Shown piece by piece: positions 45,950-55,540 of a DNA stretch of 64,000 bases. The notes beneath the pieces were generated by a model. It was not told the DNA's origin, ran no database searches, and saw only the letters and a program-made list of their open reading frames with translations. The number at the start of each line of letters is the position of its first letter. Position 1 is the first letter of the stretch. Both the position numbers and the translations under genes were made by a program. The stretch comes from an uncultured Pseudomonadota bacterium (GTDB lineage Bacteria > Pseudomonadota > Gammaproteobacteria > Ga0077536): contig CACJXQ010000001.1 of the NCBI GenBank assembly GCA_902597385.1, positions 137,371 through 201,370 on the forward strand, read 5' to 3'.

Positions 45950-47113
45950 TTAACCGGATATTGATTTTTGTATTATATTGTTTCCTGCTCCTCTTATAGC
46001 ATGACAATCTAGCGAGATGCTCGCGTCTCGAATAGGATGTAATGGAACTCTGCAGCCTAAGGCAGTTGGCCTCGTTGCTTCGAACCAGGCTGGCCCGCTT
46101 TCGTAGTTAGTCTCCGAAACTGAGGAAAGGGTGAGGTATCTTCTAACTACAATATCGTCTAGATTGGAATCAATTTTTTTTAGAACAACTTGTAAATTCT
46201 CGGTGCATATATTTCTTTGTTCGCTCCAATTTCCTGGTTCTAAAACATTTCCTGAGGAGTTTGTAGGGTAAATAGTGCTTAGATAAATATCTTGGTCAAT
46301 GGATATGGATTCTGAAAAAGGGGCCAAAGTTGGATGAATAATATTTTTTTTATCCGAGGTATTCTTTGTCGTCGCCTCTGCTTCGACGATTAGAGTATTT
46401 TTGGTGGGTATTCCGATAAAGGAGATTGTTGGATTTTGGAGACTAAGCATTTGTGCCACCTTACTTGGAGCGGTCCAAAAATCTTCAATACTTGCAGAAT
46501 ATAACTTAAGACAAACAATGTGTTCATTGCCAAGACCAAAATTGCTTAGGGCATTACTTAGGAAAATATTTGCGTCTGATAACTGTTCGTTTAGATTATT
46601 ACCTTTCGCGGCATAACCAGGAACAAAAATTCTTGAACCAAGCCTAAGTGCGCCAGAAGATTGGTGGTGTTTATAATTGTCACCTTCAAATTTGTGTATA
46701 ACGTCGTTTGCCAAGCCTTCAAACTCTATCTCGACTAGTTGCTGGGGTCTGGTGAGACCACTAATTTCGAAAGTCGTAATTGCCAAGCTTTTTCCTTTAG
46801 GGTTCAGATTCGTAGTTAAAGCCTTTTCAGCTTCTATAATATTTTCCTCTCCTTTGACGTAAATTCGTGCTCTATAGGTGTTGTGAAGGCACCCTCCTGC
46901 AGCGGTCATGCTGTTCTCGGCGATTGATAAGATAGCTTCTACTTGTTCTGCGACGTTTACTCCTAGTATGTTTCCTTGGGTATCTATAGCCGTGGTTCCA
47001 GATTGGAGGATAAGATCATTTATTCGGATTGCACGAGAAAACTTGGCCTTCTCTTCAATAGGTCGACCGGAAGTGATGTTGACTCTAAGTACTTTCCCAT
47101 TATTCATAAACAT
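45950..47113 (-). CDS. RidA/YjgF-like protein with three tandem RidA-like modules in one chain
   Basis: 387 aa. Module 1 (aa ~5-135) ends ...TRPQQLVEIEFEG as in RidA. Modules 2 (~150-250) and 3 (~260-385) repeat the beta-alpha-beta pattern (...LIVEAEA, ...ISLDCHAI). Confidence 0.6.
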   Translation of the reverse strand: MFMNNGKVLRVNITSGRPIEEKAKFSRAIRINDLILQSGTTAIDTQGNILGVNVAEQVEAILSIAENSMTAAGGCLHNTYRARIYVKGEENIIEAEKALTTNLNPKGKSLAITTFEISGLTRPQQLVEIEFEGLANDVIHKFEGDNYKHHQSSGALRLGSRIFVPGYAAKGNNLNEQLSDANIFLSNALSNFGLGNEHIVCLKLYSASIEDFWTAPSKVAQMLSLQNPTISFIGIPTKNTLIVEAEATTKNTSDKKNIIHPTLAPFSESISIDQDIYLSTIYPTNSSGNVLEPGNWSEQRNICTENLQVVLKKIDSNLDDIVVRRYLTLSSVSETNYESGPAWFEATRPTALGCRVPLHPIRDASISLDCHAIRGAGNNIIQKSISG

Positions 47114-47277
47114 TCCATCAAAATGGTCCTTTATCGTCTTGATTGCTAGGGTATCGTTTGAAACAGATTATCGCATTTCTTCAAGTTTTGTTAATTTTCT
47201 CTGGTTCGTATGGGCAATAGATAATAAAGATGGCATTATTTAGGTCATTACAAGTTACTTTGTTGTGGAGGAAGTTC

Positions 47278-49098
47278 ATGGAAACCGTTAAAAATAAAAC
47301 CTTCAATATTCCCTCAGTTGAGGAGCTTGGCTTCGACCCTGTTGTACTGAGAAAAAAATATGCAGAAGAACGAGAAAAAAGACTTAGAAAAGACGGTAAC
47401 GCCCAATACCAGGAAGTGACAGGAGATTTTGACCAGTATAATTTAGATCCCTACGTTTGCGAGAAGATTGTTAGAGAGCCTGTGACGGAAATAATTGATG
47501 CTGCAATAATCGGGGGAGGATTTGGTGGATTGCTTGCCGCTGTTCGGTTATTGGAAGCAGGCATCAAAAATATTCGAATCATAGAAAAAGCTGGAGATTT
47601 TGGAGGAACCTGGTATTGGAATCGGTACCCGGGAGCGCAGTGCGACATTGAATCCTACATATATCTTCCTCTACTCGAGGAAGTGAATTACATCCCTAAA
47701 GAAAAATATTCCTTCAGAGATGAGATATTTGAGCATGCTCAACGCATTGGACGTCATTATGATTTATATAAGAGGGCTTTTTTCCAAACTCAGGTTAGAG
47801 GTTCAAACTGGGATGAAAAAAACGGAAGGTGGAGGATTGAGACTGATAGGGGTGATGTTCTCAATGCGAAATTTCTCATTATGTCTAGCGGTCCATTGAA
47901 TCGGCCCAAATTACCAGCAATACCAGGGATTGAACAATTTAAAGGACATACTTTCCATACAAGTAGGTGGGATTATGATTATACAGGTGGAGATTCTATA
48001 GGAGGGCTTTCTCGACTATCTGAGAAGCGAGTTGGGATAATCGGTACTGGAGCAACCGCTATTCAATGTGTTTCGCATCTAGGAGCAGCGGCAAAAGAAT
48101 TATATGTGTTTCAGAGAACTCCATCTGCAATTGATGAACGGCTCAACAAACCAACGGATAAAGAGTGGGCGGCCTCTCTGAATCCTGGTTGGCACGCTGA
48201 AAGAAACACAAACTTTGCGTCCATATTGAGTGGTATTCCTCAAGAAGTAGATTTAGTAAATGATAGATGGACTGATCTGTTTAAATCTCTTAGCGAATTG
48301 ATGTCCTCAGATCAGGCTATATCTATGGAAGACATGGCGGTTATGGCAGAAATTGCTGATTATCAAAAAATGAATAAACTGAGAGCTCGGGTAGAAGAAA
48401 CGGTGGGAGACAAAGAGACAGTAGAAGCCTTGAAACCTTGGTACCGACAGTGGTGTAAAAGACCAGTATTTAACGATGAGTTCTTGCCAACTTTTAATCG
48501 AAACAATGCTCATCTAGTTGATACTAACGGAAAGGGAGTGGAGCGAGTTACGGAAAATAGTGTTTTCGTCGATGGGGTGGAATATGAACTAGATTGCCTA
48601 ATTTTTGCGACGGGCTTTGAAGTGGGTACGGCTTACACGCAGCAGGCTGAGTTTGAACTCATTGGGAAGAACGGGATCAAGCTTACGGATTATTGGAAAG
48701 ATGGTATGCGAACCTATCATGGTTTTCATGCCCGTGGATTTCCCAATTGCTTTCATATGGGTTTGACGCAAACCGGTTTGGCTCCTTGCTTCACCTATAT
48801 GTTGGATCACCAAGCTCAAAACGTAGCCTACATTGCGGAAGAAGTTTTGAAGAGGAAAGCTCGTAGTGTGGAGACTAGTGTTGAGTCGGAAGCCGACTGG
48901 ATAGAAACGGTCAACCAACCTACTTTTATGAGTGAGTACCAAAGTCATTGCACTCCAGGCTACTATAACAATGAGGGCAAGAAGGGTGGTAAGGGGTTTT
49001 TGGAGGGACACTATCCAGAAGGTCCCGTTCAATTTTACGCGATGTTAAAAAAATGGCGGGAAGAGGGTGATCTAAAAGGTTTGGAATTTCATTTGTAA
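47278..49098 (+). CDS. Type I Baeyer-Villiger monooxygenase, long form with N-terminal extension
   Basis: FAD GxGxxG (IIGGGFGG), BVMO fingerprint FKGHTFHTSRWD, NADPH GxGxxA (IIGTGATA). ATG 47278 is preceded by GGAGGAA (the ORF extends to 47230). Confidence 0.9.
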   Translation: METVKNKTFNIPSVEELGFDPVVLRKKYAEEREKRLRKDGNAQYQEVTGDFDQYNLDPYVCEKIVREPVTEIIDAAIIGGGFGGLLAAVRLLEAGIKNIRIIEKAGDFGGTWYWNRYPGAQCDIESYIYLPLLEEVNYIPKEKYSFRDEIFEHAQRIGRHYDLYKRAFFQTQVRGSNWDEKNGRWRIETDRGDVLNAKFLIMSSGPLNRPKLPAIPGIEQFKGHTFHTSRWDYDYTGGDSIGGLSRLSEKRVGIIGTGATAIQCVSHLGAAAKELYVFQRTPSAIDERLNKPTDKEWAASLNPGWHAERNTNFASILSGIPQEVDLVNDRWTDLFKSLSELMSSDQAISMEDMAVMAEIADYQKMNKLRARVEETVGDKETVEALKPWYRQWCKRPVFNDEFLPTFNRNNAHLVDTNGKGVERVTENSVFVDGVEYELDCLIFATGFEVGTAYTQQAEFELIGKNGIKLTDYWKDGMRTYHGFHARGFPNCFHMGLTQTGLAPCFTYMLDHQAQNVAYIAEEVLKRKARSVETSVESEADWIETVNQPTFMSEYQSHCTPGYYNNEGKKGGKGFLEGHYPEGPVQFYAMLKKWREEGDLKGLEFHL

Positions 49099-49115
49099 AT
49101 TAGAAGATTTTAGCC

Positions 49116-50366
49116 CTACTCAGATAATTGAACAGTAAGGCTAGTGAAGCCACTGAAAAAGGGAAGTGTTCGACGGATAGGAGGTTGTCGGTGACTAAGG
49201 CGAATTCTAGGATACTTTGTCAGTAGCTCTTTAAAAGCTAATTGTGATTCTAAGCGAGCTAACGCAGCACCGAGACAAAGATGGATTCCTGTTCCAAACG
49301 CAATGTGGTCATTTTTGCTGCGATCTAATCGAAACTCGTGTGGATTCGAAAATCTTTCGGGGTCGTGATTAGCCGCAGAAAGTGATGCGGTCACCGTCTC
49401 GTGGGATTTTATTAGATGATTGTCCAACAAGGTATCTTCCTGAGCAATTCGTCCGGTCTCCGATATGGGACAATCAAATCTCAGCATTTCTTCTACCGCA
49501 CTCTCTAATAACTCTGGATTTTTATTTAATAATTCTAGTGAGCCGGGCGAGTTGAGAAGTGCGTAGAAGCCGTTACCTATGAGGTCAGAAGTCGTAACAT
49601 TGCCTGCGACCATTAATTGGGTGCAAAGGCTAATTATCTCAAGATCGCTTAAAAGACCTTTTTGTTCCTTTGCTTCCAACATGGCGGACATGAGTGAAGG
49701 TTTTTCTTTTACTACCATTGATTGTATGTTTTCTTTGAAGGTGTTGGACATCTCCAAATAACCGGTTCGTATTTTTTTTCTATCGTCGCTGGTTCGTTCG
49801 GGATCGTATCCCATTAAAATGTCCTCGGACCATTTTCTCATATTTGATACTGAATCCTCGGGTAGCCCTAGCATTTTCAGAATAACTAGTGTTGAAAGCG
49901 GAGCTGCATAGTCGGTGATAAGATCCATGCTTTTTTTTCCATCTACTTTGTCCAATAGATCTGAAGCAATTTTAATTATTGGATCATGCATTTTTTCCAC
50001 TGCCTTGGGTGTAAAAAACTTAGTTATCAATTGTCGGACACGTCGATGATCGGGATCGTCAAGCAAGACTAGAGGTGGCTCATAAGCTGTTTGTCTCTTA
50101 TTAGAATCAAGTCCCGTGGCAGCCAGATTTCGCATATAACTATCTTCTTCGCTAAATTGAGCTCTCACGCTAAAGTTAGGACATTTTAGTATTGATTCGA
50201 CGTCACGAAATTTGGTTAAAAGTGTTCTTCCATACTCATCGTCTTTGAACTTTGGAGCGCTTAAACGAATTTGGTCATATATCTCTTGTCTATTTTTTAA
50301 GAACTGTTCATCGTGTGGTGTGAGGGCACGTCCTTTGGGGGAATCATTTTTTTCCTTGTCCATCAA
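49116..50366 (-). CDS. Cytochrome P450
   Basis: FGTGIHLCLG heme loop, EMLR (ExxR), I-helix MVAGNVTT. 416 aa. Confidence 0.9.
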   Translation of the reverse strand: MMDKEKNDSPKGRALTPHDEQFLKNRQEIYDQIRLSAPKFKDDEYGRTLLTKFRDVESILKCPNFSVRAQFSEEDSYMRNLAATGLDSNKRQTAYEPPLVLLDDPDHRRVRQLITKFFTPKAVEKMHDPIIKIASDLLDKVDGKKSMDLITDYAAPLSTLVILKMLGLPEDSVSNMRKWSEDILMGYDPERTSDDRKKIRTGYLEMSNTFKENIQSMVVKEKPSLMSAMLEAKEQKGLLSDLEIISLCTQLMVAGNVTTSDLIGNGFYALLNSPGSLELLNKNPELLESAVEEMLRFDCPISETGRIAQEDTLLDNHLIKSHETVTASLSAANHDPERFSNPHEFRLDRSKNDHIAFGTGIHLCLGAALARLESQLAFKELLTKYPRIRLSHRQPPIRRTLPFFSGFTSLTVQLSE

Positions 50367-50446
50367 ATTTTACTCCGCTGGGCATCGATAATAGAGAAAG
50401 CAAATAGAGAAATATTTCCCATTAGCAGCAGTTTATTGACCTCAAA

Positions 50447-51130
50447 TCATTCCGGTTTTAGATAACCTAATCGCTCATAATATTTGGCAGGAATGTCTTT
50501 TTTATTTTTATAGCAGATAACTGAGCAGTGATCTTTTCCTAGTTTTTCTGCAGGTTCGACCACTATGAATGGTGAGCCTGTGTCCTCAATATCAATTCTT
50601 TCCATAGCTGACTCATGCGCACAGTAGACTGGAAAATTTGGAGTATTGTAATTAAGCCGATGCGGCTTTTCCATTTTTAAAAAACCGTTTTCTCCCTCAT
50701 ATAGGCCCTCCTGAATTAATCTACCTCCGCTTCCACAAGGTTTCATTTTAATAGTTATTTTTTCTTGGTCCTCAGTGATCTCTAGTGGCTGGAGATGACC
50801 ATGTAGCCCAGATACAAACATTTTTAATTTAGCCCGAAGATCTTTGCCTCCTTCATCCATCTTTTTTCTCAGAGGTGCCCACCAAGCTCGACAGCCATCA
50901 GTCATGATCTCCTCAAGGGCTTCATCGCCATACTTTCGTCCGACCTCGCTAAGGGTTGCGGTTATCCAGTTGCGATAAAGATCGTGCATTGCCAGGAATT
51001 CGTTATACATTTTTTTGGAAAGTTTTTTAGCTTTTTCTGGCTCTTCATTCTCAATAGCTTCTAAAATACGGTCAAGCGTTCGTTTTTCCATTTCAACAAT
51101 TTCTTCATTTGAAAAAAAATCATCAGACAT
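50447..51130 (-). CDS. Hypothetical protein with 5 Cys, directly upstream of the P450 on the same strand
   Basis: 227 aa. Acidic helical N-half, then a C-half with KPCGSGGRL, VYCAHESAME, DHCSVICYK. No family recognised. Confidence 0.5.
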   Translation of the reverse strand: MSDDFFSNEEIVEMEKRTLDRILEAIENEEPEKAKKLSKKMYNEFLAMHDLYRNWITATLSEVGRKYGDEALEEIMTDGCRAWWAPLRKKMDEGGKDLRAKLKMFVSGLHGHLQPLEITEDQEKITIKMKPCGSGGRLIQEGLYEGENGFLKMEKPHRLNYNTPNFPVYCAHESAMERIDIEDTGSPFIVVEPAEKLGKDHCSVICYKNKKDIPAKYYERLGYLKPE

Positions 51131-51486
51131 TATTAAGCTCCCTGTTAGTTTAAAAGTTTTAGATGATATTTAAAGGATGCGTGTTAGGTGATAGAGAATT
51201 AAATGTTAGAGCCTCAACATGAAAGAGTTGTTGCTTTTCACTCCTTCTTTTCATCATCGGTAGGCGGGGGTAGTTCCGCTTTAGACGAAAAGATTGGTCT
51301 ATCTACGTCGATGTAAAATTTAGAGGCCCTCTTCTATAAAGTCTAAAATCTACTTAATTAACACCCTTGCGTCTACTGTTTTATTGTCGAATCAGTCCTC
51401 AAAAGATATGCTTGTTATTCAAATATAATAGGTTAGGCTATGGGAGTAATACTGCTGTAAATGTAAATTTGTACGGGGGGCTTGAT

Positions 51487-52863
51487 GTGGACAGTCTTTT
51501 GAAAAAGAGTGGTCAGGAATTATCTGAATTAATCAAAGGTAAGGCGGTCTCGAGCGTCGAAGTGATTGAGGCGCACCTAGAGCGAATCCGGGCAATAAAT
51601 CCTTATCTAAATGCAGTGACCCTAACCTTAGAAGAATCCGCTTTGGAGGCCGCAGAAAAAGCAGATAATGGTACAGACTTAGAAAGGCGCCGGCCCTTAC
51701 ATGGTGTGCCTTTCACGATCAAAGAAAATATAGACGTCTTGGGAACCCCTACGACCAACGGTTTGCCTATTTTAGCTGAAGCTATGCCGAGCAGGAATGA
51801 TCCAATAGTCGAAAGAATGATTCAAGCGGGAGCAATACCCATAGGTAGGACAAATCTCCCTGAGATGGGAATGCGTCTCGATACTGATAACCCACTTAGA
51901 GGCAGAACGATTAATCCATGGAACGCTGGTTTAACACCAGGGGGTTCCAGTGGTGGTGACGCCGTCGCGATTGCCACTGGTATGACTCCGATGGGATTGG
52001 GAAATGATATCGGTGGATCTTTACGAAATCCAGCTTATTGTTGTGGCATCAAATCTCTAAAACCGTCTATGGGACGTTTACCATGGGCGCCGTCACTAGA
52101 ACCGATCGATATGGGTATTCCTAGGTTACTTCTTTCGAATGGTCCAATGACCAGATCGGTTCGCGACCTTGGTTTGATGTTGTCTATTCTCTCAGGCCGC
52201 CATGTGGCTGATCCGGAATCGATTGATGTTCCCCTGCATGGAACAGTACCAGTAGAAAAAAAAGCTGCGATAGTAACAAATTTACCTAAAGTATCCCTAC
52301 CAAATTCCACCACCAAAGCGATCGTAAAGGCGGGTAAAATTTTGGAGAAAGCGGGTTGGGTAGTAGAGGAGGTAGAGGTGCCAGAATTAGAAAGGGTACA
52401 TGAGGTATGGAGTACCCTTTTAGCGCCTCTCACTGCGAGTCTTCCGAGGGAGATTTTCAAACCGGAAACTAGAGCCTATCTGGATCGAATTTCGGATTTG
52501 CATTTGGAATTAGATTTTGGTCACGCTTTGCGCGAGAGGCAACGGTTAATGAGATTATACTCAGGATTTTTTAAGAAGTTTACAGTATGTATCGGTCCCA
52601 TTTGGGGGAATCTGCCTTGGCCTATTAATAGCGATTTAGATCCAAATGTGGGTAATGAGTTATTAAGACAAAGCTTTTCATTTATTACTCCAGGAAATTG
52701 CCTAGGTCTACCTGCGGTAGCTTTATCTACTGGAGTTGCGGATGGTTTGCCGACTGGAATACAAATATACTCCGAATTATATCGGGACGATTTGTGCTTA
52801 TTAGCGGCGGAGATCATCGAGTCGTCATCTGATCAAATTACTCCTATTGAACCTATAAAATGA
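51487..52863 (+). CDS. Amidase (amidase-signature family)
   Basis: KENIDVLGTPTTNG (catalytic Lys region) and GGSSGGDAVAIATG. The probable start is GTG 51487 after a G-rich SD (the ORF extends to 51367). Confidence 0.85.
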   Translation: MDSLLKKSGQELSELIKGKAVSSVEVIEAHLERIRAINPYLNAVTLTLEESALEAAEKADNGTDLERRRPLHGVPFTIKENIDVLGTPTTNGLPILAEAMPSRNDPIVERMIQAGAIPIGRTNLPEMGMRLDTDNPLRGRTINPWNAGLTPGGSSGGDAVAIATGMTPMGLGNDIGGSLRNPAYCCGIKSLKPSMGRLPWAPSLEPIDMGIPRLLLSNGPMTRSVRDLGLMLSILSGRHVADPESIDVPLHGTVPVEKKAAIVTNLPKVSLPNSTTKAIVKAGKILEKAGWVVEEVEVPELERVHEVWSTLLAPLTASLPREIFKPETRAYLDRISDLHLELDFGHALRERQRLMRLYSGFFKKFTVCIGPIWGNLPWPINSDLDPNVGNELLRQSFSFITPGNCLGLPAVALSTGVADGLPTGIQIYSELYRDDLCLLAAEIIESSSDQITPIEPIK

Positions 52864-52914
52864 TAGAAAATAGAACACATCAAAGAAATAAAATAGGCTG
52901 GTTAAATAAGTGAA

Positions 52915-53970
52915 TTGGAATGTCGAATGAGTGGAATTGAAAAGCAACCTGAAGGTTATGACATAAAAGCGGTAGAAGGATGGATCAAAGAAAATATTGA
53001 GCAACTCAACCCACCTTTTGAATGGTCCCGTTTGGAAGGAGGACATTCGAATCTTACTTATAAATTGGAAGATAATAGGGGTCAGCAGGCGGTCATTAGA
53101 AGACCTCCACTTGGCAAATTGTTACCAAAAGCTCATGATATGGAGCGAGAATGGTCGATCATCTCGGCCCTCGGACATACCGATGTTCCGGTTGCGCCCG
53201 CACTAGGCTTTTACCCTGATTCGGATCTCATAGGGGCTCACTTCTACGTAATGGGTCTTGTCCCTGGAAAAGCTCTCTACAACGCCATGGATACCGAAGC
53301 ATGGGTAGAAAAAGATAAGAGGGTAGAGCTTGCTACTTCCTTTATAAATGTTTTGGCCGATTTACACTCTCTGGATCCAGATCGGGTTGGCCTTGCTGGT
53401 CTGGGTAAAAAAGAAGACTATGTTGGTCGTCAGCTGAAGACTTGGTATCGTTCCTGGAATGCTTCAATGGAAGCTGCGGAGTACGATGATCCGCGCTTAC
53501 ATGAACTTCATCGATATCTTACCTCTAATGTGCCGGACCAAGGGCAAGCTCGGATTGTGCATGGTGACTATGGATTACATAATTGTTTGGTTGGTTCTGA
53601 TGCCAAAATAGCTGCAGTACTTGATTGGGAAATCTCTACTTTGGGTGATCCACTGGCAGACTTGGCGTATGCCCTGAATCAATGGGCACTTCCAGAAGAT
53701 GAAACACCAGGAAGAGATAATGCAGCTACGGCCCTTCCGGGATTTCCGACTAGAGGTGATTTGGCGGAGATTTACAGTAAAAGAACAGGAAGAGACCTAT
53801 CTAACCTTAGTTTTTATATAGCCTTTAATTGGTGTAAATCTGCAATGATTATTCACGGCGTATATGCGAGATATAAGGAGGGAAAGAAGACGACTGTAGG
53901 GGTTGATATGGAGGACCTTCGGGAGCGGGTAGGACGATGCATTGATCTGGCTGAGAGTGCATTGAAATAA
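52915..53970 (+). CDS. Phosphotransferase family protein (APH/ACAD10-type kinase fold)
   Basis: Catalytic loop VHGDYGLHNCL and DWEISTLGDP. 351 aa. The start could be ATG 52927. Confidence 0.8.
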   Translation: MECRMSGIEKQPEGYDIKAVEGWIKENIEQLNPPFEWSRLEGGHSNLTYKLEDNRGQQAVIRRPPLGKLLPKAHDMEREWSIISALGHTDVPVAPALGFYPDSDLIGAHFYVMGLVPGKALYNAMDTEAWVEKDKRVELATSFINVLADLHSLDPDRVGLAGLGKKEDYVGRQLKTWYRSWNASMEAAEYDDPRLHELHRYLTSNVPDQGQARIVHGDYGLHNCLVGSDAKIAAVLDWEISTLGDPLADLAYALNQWALPEDETPGRDNAATALPGFPTRGDLAEIYSKRTGRDLSNLSFYIAFNWCKSAMIIHGVYARYKEGKKTTVGVDMEDLRERVGRCIDLAESALK

Positions 53971-53973
53971 AAA

Positions 53974-54834
53974 GTGCAAGCCTTCAAGTATATAGCTAGC
54001 TATTGGACCTTAGCCGGGAAAGTCGTTCCACTTGGCAATCCTGAGCAAGAAGCGAGCGATGTTGGATTCCAAGACCGCCTGGAGGTTGCTGCGAAAGCCG
54101 GATATTCTGGAGTAGGATTGATAAGTTCAGATTTAATAAAAATACGTAAAAAATTTAGTCTTGTTGAGATAAGGTCTCTGTTGAAAGATTACGGTCTACC
54201 TTATCTTGAATTAGAGTTTCTCACTGGATGGATGGCTGACGGACGTGAATTATCTGATTCAGAAAAAATGTTCACTGACATGTTGGAAGTGGCTGATGTA
54301 GTGGGCGTAAGACATATTAAAGTAGGTCCGGATATGGAGGGAAAGGATTGGCCATTGGAGCGAATGGTGGAGCGATTTGCCAGGTTATGTGAACGAGCGA
54401 AGAGTGTCGGAACGATGCTTTCACTAGAAATGATGCCTTGGAGTAATCTGAACAATTTAGAATCTGCTCTGCCTGTTGTTCAGGGTGCGAATTATGACAA
54501 TGGTGGTCTCTTGCTCGATATTTGGCACGTTGCTAGAGCTGATATTCCCTACGGAGCAATTTCAAGTATTCCCAGTAGAATGATCAATTATGTAGAAATC
54601 AATGATGCGGATCGGGAAGTTAAAGGGAGTCTTCTAGAAGATACGCTGAATCATCGAAGATTTTGTGGTGATGGAAGTTTTGATGTTCCAGAATTTTTGA
54701 AAGCAGTTTTATCACAAGGTTATAAAGGGCCTTTTGGTTTGGAGATTATTTCGGAAGCTCAGCGTCAGCGGTCGTTTCGTGAGGTGGCTTATGATGCTAT
54801 CAAAAAAGCGAAAGAGCAGGCGTCTAAAATTTAA
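53974..54834 (+). CDS. Sugar phosphate isomerase/epimerase (xylose-isomerase-like TIM barrel)
   Basis: GTG start 3 nt after the previous stop. LELEFL, LSLEMMPWS, DIWHV, EINDAD pattern. 286 aa. Confidence 0.7.
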   Translation: MQAFKYIASYWTLAGKVVPLGNPEQEASDVGFQDRLEVAAKAGYSGVGLISSDLIKIRKKFSLVEIRSLLKDYGLPYLELEFLTGWMADGRELSDSEKMFTDMLEVADVVGVRHIKVGPDMEGKDWPLERMVERFARLCERAKSVGTMLSLEMMPWSNLNNLESALPVVQGANYDNGGLLLDIWHVARADIPYGAISSIPSRMINYVEINDADREVKGSLLEDTLNHRRFCGDGSFDVPEFLKAVLSQGYKGPFGLEIISEAQRQRSFREVAYDAIKKAKEQASKI

Positions 54835-54976
54835 AAAATCCGTCTTTTGCTGAGCAACGACTGATCGGTATGGGTTATTATTGGAGCTCTCATCGACCAA
54901 GATTGAGAATTATTATGACGACATGCTGAATGTCCCCAATGGTTCCCTTGAAAACTAAAATATCTCTATGAAGTTC

Positions 54977-55441
54977 TCAGTCGCCGGAACTGACAGGTAC
55001 TTTATCGGGAATGATAACTGTCGCAATCTTCCAGGCCCCTTTTACTTTCAACAATAAATAGGTTACGTCCGATCGAACGATGAGATTGTGCTTGTTATCT
55101 AGTCGGGAGAAATTCATTTTCAGTACGGCGGATTCATTGTCCTCAAAAGGAACAGAGGAACTGTTGATGACGGATCTTGCCCAGCCTGTCGATTCTATCT
55201 TTTGGTAATCAATATAGTCATTCCAGCGAGTATAAGAGGTGATTCTACCAGCTGTTACTCGTAGGAGCGGTTCATTAAAGACAGTCTTAAGGACACTCGA
55301 GTTTTTGTCATTAAAGGCTTCAATAAAATATTGAAGAAAAACTTCTGGTTCCATCTCTTTGGCAAGGAGTTTTTCTACGATACCAATCTGCATAGTAAAA
55401 ATTATAAGTAAGAAGCATAGTTTACTCTTGATTCTCGACAT
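54977..55441 (-). CDS. Small exported hypothetical protein (possibly NTF2/SnoaL-like)
   Basis: 154 aa with an N-terminal signal/anchor. The fold assignment is a guess from size and pattern. Confidence 0.4.
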   Translation of the reverse strand: MSRIKSKLCFLLIIFTMQIGIVEKLLAKEMEPEVFLQYFIEAFNDKNSSVLKTVFNEPLLRVTAGRITSYTRWNDYIDYQKIESTGWARSVINSSSVPFEDNESAVLKMNFSRLDNKHNLIVRSDVTYLLLKVKGAWKIATVIIPDKVPVSSGD

Positions 55442-55540
55442 CTAGTTTATTCCCCATAAATAAATTTGAGAATGATTATTTTGGCCTGGTTTCGGATCTA
55501 CAGCCATCCCAATGAAAACTTTCACCGGTTTCATATCATG

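Noticed and set aside
47230-47277. N-terminal ORF extensions in the track (47230, 51367, 59605, 46007, 42061, 37454, possibly 16550 and 21668)
   Set aside because: Downstream in-frame starts have good Shine-Dalgarno sequences and coincide with the start of family homology (for example MPEGPEV for Nei, or alignment of the two BVMO N-termini). The extensions would also overlap neighbouring genes.
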